Shown piece by piece: positions 53,310 through 62,903 of a DNA stretch of 64,000 bases. Within the stretch, counting starts at the first letter, position 1. Each line of letters opens with the position of its first letter. The notes beneath the pieces are model-generated. The model had not been told where the DNA came from, did no database searches, and worked only from the letters and a program-made list of their open reading frames with translations. The DNA is from Diplonema japonicum (taxonomy: Eukaryota; Protista; Euglenozoa: Diplonemea), in the NCBI GenBank assembly GCA_964019335.1, contig OZ025757.1, positions 62,001 to 126,000 of the forward strand. The letters are read 5' to 3'. The translations under genes were made by a program, and so were the position numbers.

Positions 53310-55391
53310 TCACCGTTTTGCCAACAATTCGTCGCTGCTCGGTGCGTACTCCATTCCCAGCAAATCGCACACAAACATAGGAAGAGAGAGATACGCCGCG
53401 TCCGCCCTGTGTTTTTTTAGAAACAAAAAAAAAAAAAAAAAAAAAAAAAAACACACACCTCCTGGCATCGAGATGGTAGCACAGGCTCTTCCGATCAGGG
53501 TAGCTGAGAACCGCCTCGTCTTGCGTCTGCAAAAGAAAAAAGAAATACATATTTAATCTCCCACCCCTTTTTCCCCACATCAACATCGTCAGCGATAGAC
53601 GAAGCGTACGACTACAGGGTCTGGACAACGAAGAGACAAGGCGAGACTCGTCAGGAAGAAGGGTGCGGAACGCCACGAAGAAGGGTGCGGAACAAGAAAG
53701 AACCGTTTGCTGTGGAGCTACCAAGACAACTACCGGGTCGGGAAGCAAGCGGCCCTCTTCACACAAACACCAGTGAAGAGGCACCAGGAAAGGTGTGGGT
53801 GCCAGAAAGGACACAATGTGGCATCACGTGCAACAGCCACAACAAGCCTATGAGAAACCAACTGGACGCTCATATCAAAGGCTGTACAGGGAAAAGATAA
53901 GCAACCAACGACAAGACGCTAGTTTACCCACATTGCGGAACAAAGACTAACCCAACTCGGTGGGCACGAACGCATGTGCGAGGCCAACATCGGCACCGAA
54001 CAGAAAAAGACTCGACAAAAGTACGCAGACCCTCCACCCATCGGCCATGGGTGGGCCGCTTCAAAGTTACGAAACAATCTGATGAATCCGGGTCTGCGGA
54101 CTTTAATGTTTATCTTCCCATTTAAACCGGTACCCAGAGAAATACGTTTAGTTTAAGATTTATCACCTAACTTCCCCCCCCCCCCCCCCCCCCCCTGTTA
54201 GTTTATTTCATAACCCTCATGTTTTAGTGTTTTTTTTTTGAAAAAAAAAAATGGGTGAATATCACAATATAAACACACCTTGATCAAATCGTAGTAGGAA
54301 TGGCTACCGGTGATCGCGTTCCCATCCCTGCACACCCCTGTGGCCACAACGATGTTCCACCACCTGTGGTCCCGCTCACGGGCTAGCGACACGCCAACAC
54401 CGTCGTTCTCAGGGTTGTCAGTGATGTTGTAGATGTGGGACATCGGAAGTGTGTGACCCATGGAGGAAGAGACGCTTGCAATACGTGCCGCGAGGTACGC
54501 TTGGCTCGACGGCGAGAGGCGGTTGTAGTTGGTTACGTTCAAAGCCCGGTTTGCGTTCGATGAACGGTAAATCACAGACAGCGCCTCCGTGAAGGCCGCA
54601 CACCCAAGCCGCGGGACATCATACGCAGTGGCGGTAAACTTCCTCGCATCGAAGGAAAAAACAGGAACCGGCTGCAGAGCATCATGCAGGCCACGAAGAA
54701 CACCTGATTCACCTGTTATAAGCCCCGCCTTGCTTTGCAACACATCCATGCAAACCTGCAAAGACGAGCCCCAATCAACCGGTTCTCCCATTATAAATAC
54801 AGCGTCGATTTGATACGGTTTTTCCGACCCGGTCTCGGAGGGCAGGGCGGACTGTGCGCGGGTTGTTTGAAGCGGTCTTGACTTGACGAGACCCTCCACC
54901 GAAACTGCTTTTGAAAATCCTTTTTGCCTCATACTTGTTACGGTTCCACGCGGGCCGATCACTAAAACTGTTTTTTCCCGGTACTCTCCAGCGAGGTATC
55001 GTGACAGGGAGTCACCAGAGAGAACGACTTCCTCGTTTGTGACGTGGGTCCCCAAGGCTTGCGAAAGGTTTTGAGCGAACCCGGATTCCGTCCATTCAGG
55101 GTAGCCGTCTGAGTAGTAAAGGGTTGGGATGTGATTGTTAGAAAGGGATCTGACAGCTTGTTGCACTACAGGGAGTACCTTCCCGCCGCGCTGTAGCACG
55201 CCATCTACGTTCATGATCACCCCGGAGACGCCTTCGTGGGGCCATTTGTCCGAAGCCGATCTGTAGTGCTGCGAACGCATTTTAAGTTTTTCCTCCTCGG
55301 GGATTGTCACCTCGACCGTGCTGTCGAACTGGTACACATTTCTTCGTTGGCGTGTTGTTAGCCGCCTGCCGACTGGCCGGAGGTTGTTCAT
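53310..55391 (-). CDS. HAD-IIA (HDHD5/CECR5-like) protein, probably mitochondrial, 425 aa, 3 exons (55391-54279, 53526-53459, 53406-53310)
   Basis: GVIMNVDGVLQRG, IDAVFIMGEPVDW, PRLG, TDNPEND, VATGV; Arg-rich presequence; spliced 1278-nt open frame. Confidence 0.75.
53407..53458 (-). other. 52-nt GT-AG intron with complementary ends
   Basis: GTGTGTG-T(n)-GTTTCT-AAAAAAA-CACAG. Confidence 0.75.
53527..54278 (-). other. 752-nt GT-AG intron containing a probable retroelement relic
   Basis: AAG|GTGTGT donor; TTTCTTTTTCTTTTGCAG acceptor. Confidence 0.7.
53580..54150 (+). mobile_element. degenerate zinc-finger-bearing retroelement-like relic, antisense in intron (ends approximate)
   Basis: TQCGITC..NQLDAHIKGC and PHCG..QLGGHERMC decayed fingers; no intact ORF. 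Confidence 0.45.
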
Positions 55392-55468
55392 AAAATTTTT
55401 TTTTTTTTTCCTTTTTTTTTTCCTGGTTTTTTTTTTTAATCCGGGAGTGAGGGGGGGGGAAAAAAAAA

Positions 55469-58044
55469 TCACGCCCAATTGAATTTTTCCCTCACCTCTC
55501 CGTTTTCGCTAGGCTCAGCCAGCTTTGATTTGTACGCCCAGTACAGGTCCTTCGTAGGGCTCTTTGTTCCTTCCTTCAGCAGATCGTTCGTAATTTCCCT
55601 TTTAGAAAAAAGTTTTTTCTTCTTTTTTTTTTTTTTTTTCTCTCATACTTTCCGGGACCCGAAGGAGGTAGATCGTCCTGCTTGAACCCCGCTTCAAGCA
55701 GATGGTTCCCCTTCGACACCACGCCCTTGTAGTGGTTCCACTTCCTTTGCCCGTAAGCTTTGGACACCCTCCAGCCCAACATGTCGAGTTTGTCAATACT
55801 GTATTTTTTTTTTTTTTTTTTTTTTTTTCCATACATAATTTTTCGGCCTTCAGGTTCGCCCTTGACCACGCCATAAGCGCCATCGTAGTGTCCAGATCCT
55901 CTCATCTGCATGTACTCCTCCGGGATGTCTTTGAAATGAGTGCCGACTACGTTCCAGCCAGTGTACCGTAAGTCACGTCTCCAAGGGTCCCTCCCCCACG
56001 TGCTCATCGGGTCCGGATGAAGTGCTTTATTGGCGGGAACCTGCTGGGACATATGCGAGAAATCGTCAAGTTTGTACAGCTCGAAATCGATGGTTTCCTG
56101 GTCAGGAGGGGTCATTTGCATTGACGATATTTTAGCAGCGGAGTGTTCGGGGGCGGGAGGTTGCTCGGCTTCGTCCAGACCCATTCTAACTCTGTACGCC
56201 TTTTCCTTCTCAGCACGCCGCTGGTCCACTAGAATTCTTCGGTTGGTCTCTCTTTCGAGATCTTCCGCCTGTTTTAAAGCATATCCTTGTTGAGGAGTTA
56301 GGTAGTCCGTTACATTGTTCTGATAAGCTTGGGTTCCGGAATGATGGACAGAATTTGCAGCGAGATTTTGTTTCATCTCATTTCCCTGGGTGGTGTGGGG
56401 GGTATCGCCATACATCTTCCATTTCCCGTCTTTTATAACCCCGTTGGGGGTGAAATTCAACACGTGAAGGTTTGAGCTGTTGATGCTAATCTGCATGCCG
56501 GAGCTTCTCGGTTCCGTGACATTTCCCATGTACTTCCACACCTTACCTCCGACATCCTCGTTTAACCGGTACGCTGGACGCATATCTTCAGCAACGTCAT
56601 GGCCCAGTTTTAATTTTTGTCGCAGTCGGAATTCAACTGACAAATCGTGTTTTCTCCCAGTTTTGTCGTCCAGGTCAGTCTTATACGCGGAATCTCGACG
56701 GTAAAACGCGATACTTGAGTAAGGATCTACGCCGCGGGATGCCAGTGGTACACCTTGTTTCTGATGCATCTCCAAACACCTAGCTAAACGTGTTTTTTCA
56801 AATTCTGTCATATCCTGCCCGGGTGCTCTTGGGTACAAACCCGAAAAAACATGATTTTCATGTTCGTCATGGAGGGTGTTCGGGTCGAGTAAGAACCGTG
56901 TGTCGGTGGCATCTACTGGTATTCCATTTATCGTTCTGTCCATGTTGGGAGATGGTGATGTTTCGCCCTCAACAGCCATTAAATCGAGGAAATTCTCGCT
57001 GTCCCATGTTGTGGGGTCCTCGGTGGCGGTGGTTATCAATTGTTGTTGGGTTGTAACACTGTCAGGCAAGCGTTGGCGTTGTGCTGGTGGAGATGATAAT
57101 TCTGGGGCAACGTCGCCTTCTACATCCATTGTGTCCTCCACATCCGCTCCCGCGTTTGATTGTGTCAAACCCGCGAATTTTATCATTTCTTCCGTGTAGC
57201 CTCCGTCTGCTTGGTTTCCGAGATCGGTGTGGTCCTCCATGAGTTTTGTGTCGATGACCGCTGCCAAGGAACGATGCGGCATTGGGGTGAAATCCGGGTC
57301 GTGTGTCTTGACCCATCTCCCGTTTTCGTACCGCATTTGAACCGTTGCCTCGAATTGAGGTGAGTTTTCAATGTACACAGGTTGGAGCTCGTTGTCAGCG
57401 AACTGTTGTTCAGCGGAATGTTGCGAAATATTGGAGAGATCCGCGTCGTATCGCGGGTCTGATGACATGTATCGAGGGTCGGACAGCCAGCCTGCTTTGT
57501 GGGTTGTACCACCGAAAACATCTAAGGGGGTGTCGAAGTCTTCAATGTGGTGTGGGCTGCCTGTTTCGAAACCGGTGGTGTTTCGTGTTATTTCGTCGGT
57601 TTCAACAGGGAGTCTTGGATAGCCGTGCTGGTTTTTTCCTTCGACTTCTGGTAGTTCAGAGTATTCAGTTCCTTGAACATATTCTTTAAGCTCTTCGTGG
57701 GTGAGGTCGTGCATAGGATGCGGGGCGTGGTCCATCATTCCATAACCGATCCAGGGTTGCATTGAACCGCCTTCTACGCGGGGCTGTTGGTTGAGGTATT
57801 CGGTCATTCTGGCCGTTCGTCGCTTGTTGACGTACTTTGAGTGTGTCTGCGTGCGGCCTGTGTTCAGGGAGTTGAAGCCGGTGCTGTGTTTGGATTGTTG
57901 TCCTTTTGTGACGTAGCCTGTGAGGTCCACTATGTCGCCGGAAGCATCTGTTATGATTCTGCTTGGTTCGATGCCCTTTTTCGACTGTTTTTTCCCGGTT
58001 CTTCGCTTCGCCTTTGCGAGCAGCCCCGGGCTGCGGCGTAACAT
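55469..58044 (-). CDS. hypothetical protein with MLRR-type mitochondrial presequence, 829 aa, 3 exons (58044-55835, 55798-55649, 55598-55469)
   Basis: MLRRSPGLLAK start; spliced 2490-nt open frame ending EKFNWA*. Confidence 0.78.
55599..55648 (-). other. 50-nt GT-AG intron, A-rich
   Basis: GTATGAGAG-A(n)...CTTTTTTCTAAAAG; joins PG-K-EITNDLL. Confidence 0.8.
55799..55834 (-). other. 36-nt in-frame, stop-free GT-AG intron with poly(A) tract
   Basis: GTATGG-A(n)-TACAG; read-through gives MYGKKKKKKKKYS in the ORF track. Confidence 0.78.
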
Positions 58045-58390
58045 ATATATATATATTTATTTTTTTTTTTGTCTTTAAAAGAAATTTTTATTATAAATTG
58101 AAAAAAAAAAAAAAAAAAAAAAAAAAAGAAAATATAGAAAGGATAAAGAAAAAAAAAAGAGAAGAAAAAAGTTTTTTTTTTTTTGGCGATCCGGTTTCTT
58201 TTTTTTTTTTTTTTTTTTTTTTTTTTGAGAAAAACTCACAAAACACAACACGCGAATTTTTGAAAATCCACCAAACAGGTTTTCAAAAATATTTTGTCCA
58301 CCATCCACGGGAACCACTTTTGAAATCCACTCAACTCAACCGCAGCCCTCCTAGAAGTGCTCTCTGAGCTGCTATATTTCGCCAAATAGT

Positions 58391-58424
<34 letters not shown>

Positions 58425-58972
58425 GAAAATGCGAAAGGTTCCGTGTTTGGTGGAAATTCGAAACTAGGTTTTAATTAAAGGAAAGTTTTGATGGTTTACA
58501 GGGAACAGTGGAAAATGTTAATTCAGGTTGGCCTGAACGGAGAAGATTTTCCATTTGGTTGTCGTGTTTGTAGTGTTTCTTTTTTTTTTTTTTTTTAAAA
58601 TATAAACGCACGAATGAGCGATTTTCTTCCGTTCCCCCCCTCCCCCTTATCCCATTTCTTTTTTTTTTTTTTTTTTTTTTTTCCACACGGCGGGGGTACC
58701 GACCAGCGTGTGTATTGTCGCGAAAAAATAGATCGAGTTTTTTTTTTTTTTTTTTTTTTTGTTCTTTTTTTGCTTCAAATAAGAGAGCGGGCATAATTCG
58801 CCAATAGGCGCTTGTTGGACAAAGTGATGGTGTTTCCCCTCCTTTTTTTTTTTTGCTTTCCTCAATTTTCTTTTTTTACTCCAATTCCTCGTTCGTCGGA
58901 CAGCTCGGCTAACAAAAAAGTGCGCTCAAAAAAAAAAAAGAAGGGGAAAGAAAAAAAGAAGAAATTTTCGAC

Positions 58973-59007
<35 letters not shown>

Positions 59008-59095
59008 AGCATTATCACGTGTCAAGCCTGAAAGCTCGGTCTGGAGTGAAGTAAAATTGAGAGGGGGTGACATAAATTTCAAAAAAAAAAGTCCT

Positions 59096-59141
<46 letters not shown>

Positions 59142-59201
59142 GACACACATTGTCACATGAAAACCTAGGAAATTAAGAGGTTACAGTGAAAATGATTAAT
59201 G

Positions 59202-59246
<45 letters not shown>

Positions 59247-59371
59247 AGTAAAAAAAAGGTAATTGAAGAAAACCGTAACTAAACTGAAGTGGGGAAAAAA
59301 AAAGAGAAAAAAAAAAAAAACATAAATAACAGTGAACAAAAAAAAAAAATGATAGGTAGGACAGCCGGCTC

Positions 59372-59471
59372 CAAGTGTGCCCATAAAGTACATGGGGGTG
59401 GGGGTGTTTGTAGCCCAACGACACATTGGAGCGAACTTCTAACCTGTGCGGCGCCACCTCTCAGACATGGC
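59372..59471. repeat. ~100-bp dispersed repeat copy 2
   Basis: Matches 44536-44639 in the same orientation. Confidence 0.8.
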
Positions 59472-59550
59472 GAGAAAGAAAGAGAAAAAAAAAATACAAA
59501 CAGTTTCTTCCTTTCTTTTTTTTTTTTTTTTGCTTTGGTTGATACCTGGT

Positions 59551-59583
<33 letters not shown>

Positions 59584-59612
59584 CCAATAATGATGCTGAC
59601 CAAAAAAAAGAG

Positions 59613-59657
<45 letters not shown>

Positions 59658-60118
59658 GGCGGTGCTCACAGAGTTATCGGTAAGAACCTTTAAAAAAAAC
59701 AAAACAAAAAAAAAAAGCTGTGTTTTAATTCCAGCCCCCCCCTCCCTAACAAAATATTTATTTCCTTTGTTACTTATAACAGTAGTCCTTCCAGAAGAAC
59801 GGATCTGAAGAGCGACCACTTGGGCACCTCAGCTCTCGGTTCGTCCTGCGTCACCAGTCCTGCTTACCAGCAGTCTACTTTGAACCAGGATTCTCGTTAA
59901 GGTAAGATAAACTTTTCTTTGGAAAAAAACAAAACCACTTTTTTTTTTTATATAAATTATTCACGTCCAAAATGATGTTGTGAATATATATATTGTATCT
60001 TTTAAGGGCAACTCCAGCAACCCTTTCGGGTCAGGGGGGGGGGGGGGGTACGAATGTCAAAAATAAAAAGAAGAAACACTCCCCACCCTCCCCCTCCAGA
60101 TAAATTTTAAATTGCGGG

Positions 60119-60153
<35 letters not shown>

Positions 60154-60757
60154 CGAAGAGATGGGCAACTGGAGCCCAAGGCGACGCGCGGGGGGGGGGG
60201 GGGGGGAAATAACACATTTGAACTCAATATGAACAGAAAAAAAGGTCCAAACCAGAACAGAAAAGTTCCACAATTTTAATTTCCTTTTTTTTTTTTTCTT
60301 TCATTCCATATCAAGTCCAAAGCATTTTTTTTTCTTCCCCAGAATTCCCTTTTTCCTCATCTTCTCTTCTCTCGCTTTTCGTTCTTTCCCCTTCTTAATC
60401 TTTCTCCACAATTAGAGAGAAAAAAATAGAGGGGGGAAATGGGGAGAGGGGAAGGACCTTAGTACCTAAACTCTAAATGTCCAACAAAAAACAGAAGAAA
60501 AACGTAAAAGAAACGGCGTACTACCTTTACCAAATAGAGAAGGAAAAAAAAAAAAACTCGATACTATTTCAGTAAAAAAAAAAAAACCCCCCTATATATG
60601 GTTATTATATTTTTATAAGATGTATTAAAAAGTGGGGGGGAAAGGAAGAAAGGGATGGGGGGGGGGGGGGGAGGAGGAAAAAAAAAAGTTGCGTTTTAGT
60701 GATTTAAATTTCTCAACTTTTTTTTTTTCTCGTCATTTCTTTTTTTTTTTTTTTTAA

Positions 60758-62559
60758 CCATCTACCAACGGACCATTTTTGCCCACCAGGGGGTAAATTT
60801 TCAAAACTTCAAAAAAAGCTATTCTAGCGCAACGCCGGGGCTATATGCCCCCGGAAATGCCTCCAGATGTCCCAATTCTAGAGAGAGGGTGCCCACAGCA
60901 GGGCCCCCCTCACAGCATTGTCAAAAATATCGTTCCTGAAGTGCCCGAGAGGGGGTACAAAAAACAAGTCAAAAAAAATCGACTGTAAAATTCTGTAAAA
61001 AGCTATTTAAGGCCTTCTTGACGCGGTTCGTACGTGCCCCAGGGCTGGGGGACTTCTTTTTTGACCCCGAGAGGGGTTTCTGGGGGGTATCCCCGGCAAG
61101 GTGGTAGTCTTTGAAGCACGGAGTCATGCAAAGTTGTACCAAGCAGGTTGAACACTGGAACTGGGGTCATTTCGACTTGCCATGCTTGCACCGCATGTTG
61201 CACTACTTTTTCGGGGAAATGGTCCCAGAAGGTACTATCGCGGTGCATTGGGGTCTCAGGGCACTCGTTCTGTGTTTCGGGGCATGGTATTGGGGCAGCC
61301 TGCTCTGTAGTTGACTTTAGCTGTTGTTTAGACTGCCTCCCTAGTAGCCCTTCGATGACTGCCTCTTTGAAAGGCGTGAATCCACTGTCGTTCGTACTCA
61401 GGGTGTTGGGGGGCAATGCTTCTTTCCAAACAAGCCAAGCATTTGCCAGAGATCTATCTAACAAGTACGAAAATACTTTCAGGGGCCACTTCGAAGTCAT
61501 AAGGGTGCGTTTATGGCGTTTTGTCACAGCGTCACCCAGCGTCGGTTCCGCCCATTGCGGTGTTGTAAATATGCACTTGGTGGGGAGTGGGATGTCCATT
61601 CCGGCTTTCATTCTCTTTTGGCCGACACGTCAAATTTGACTTCACCAGAACATCCAACGTCGACAGAAAGCGCACAGGCATGATGTCATGCCACGTTGTG
61701 GTGCAAAGGATGCTCACGTGCTGGTGGAACTGGGTGTCGCCACAGGATGCGTGTCCTTGGGCTTGCGGCCTCGCTTCTTTGCATCCGTGATCTCCGGGAG
61801 GCCTTTGCGATAGGTAGAAGTCAGCACGCTTGTTTGTTTCGCTGTGGAAACACAGATTTCCCAGAATAGTCAAAAAGCGGTCTCTTGACATGACAGCAGC
61901 GTACCCAGGGGTGTGGTTGAGAGACGTGGAGCCAGCGCGCCAGTAGTCAGAATAATCTGGCTTGATATCCAAGTCCATCGACAAAAGGACACCTAAGAAG
62001 GTATGCAAAGAAGCAGCATCGAGATCCAGGGAAACACCTTTTTTAGCCGCATTTGCCACATTGTTCGAAATTATGACCCAAATAACGTTTGGGGCGAGCA
62101 TTTGGGATATATGGAATGTCGTTGAGCCTCTGATGTCAAAACAGGGTCCACAAGGATTCCGATCTTCACGAAACCGGATGCCTTCCAACCGCTCCGGCTT
62201 TGCCGTCCAATCACCCTGCTGTGACTCGGAATCGGTCGAATTCGTATCAGAATCACTGTTCGTACCAAAATTGCATAATAGGGATGAGCCATCAGTGCTA
62301 CCATCACTCATAATGTCCTCTTCCGGCCTCTTTCTGGGCACCCTTTTTTGAAGTGATTTTTAAGGGTAAATTTGGGCTGGCGTTTTTTTTTCTTTTTTCT
62401 TTTTCTTGTTAAGTTAGGGCAGCATTTAGTTTATATTTTTCATATTTTCCGCGCAGGACCCCGGATGCGAGAAGTGGCCGAGCTGTATTGCATTGAAAGC
62501 CCTTTGCGCAAAAGATTTTTTTTCAAATCGTCTCTATAAAGACGCTCGTTGGTAGATGG
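60758..62559 (-). mobile_element. piggyBac transposon, internally deleted (1802 bp)
   Basis: Perfect 13-bp TIRs CCATCTACCAACG / CGTTGGTAGATGG, TTAA on both sides (60754-60757, 62560-62563), transposase remnant inside. Confidence 0.95.
61095..62341 (-). pseudogene. piggyBac transposase remnant
   Basis: DYW..MSRDRFLTIL..LCF; WHD..VRFLST; YNTAMGGTDAGD; KWPLKVFSYLLD..NAW; Cys-rich CSTCLVQLCMTPCFKDYH in another frame; central catalytic segment missing, frameshifted. Confidence 0.92.
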
Positions 62560-62660
62560 TTAATAAATTATTGTTTCCAAAGGAGCAGCAGGTGAGTGTT
62601 TTTTTTTTTTTTTTTTTTTTGTTCCCCCCTTTTCTTTTTATTACATCAAACAGCTTTAAC

Positions 62661-62700
<40 letters not shown>

Positions 62701-62903
62701 AAGAGGAAAAGCCCCCAAAAAAAAAATGAAGAGAGAAAAGAAGTATGATAACTGATTTCCTTTCGTATAACCGCTGGGGGGGGGGGTGTTTTTTTTTTAA
62801 AACCTTTTTGTGAAACTCATAACGAATAAATTCAGCCCCCCCCCCCCCCCCCCCCCCGGTCGGCACATCAATGCGACCCCCCCCAAAAACACACACACAC
62901 AAC

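Noticed and set aside
844-55834. Programmed frameshifting, RNA editing or pseudogenisation to explain the broken ORFs
   Set aside because: Every break is bounded by GT...AG and its removal gives an exact open frame, so splicing is the simpler explanation.
8113-59819. Many ORFs rich in poly-Phe/poly-Lys/poly-Gly/poly-Pro, and such N-terminal extensions on real genes (e.g. 8253-8483, 2049-2267, 33225-33350)
   Set aside because: They are translations of homopolymer spacers; the real starts are the ATGs following the A-runs.
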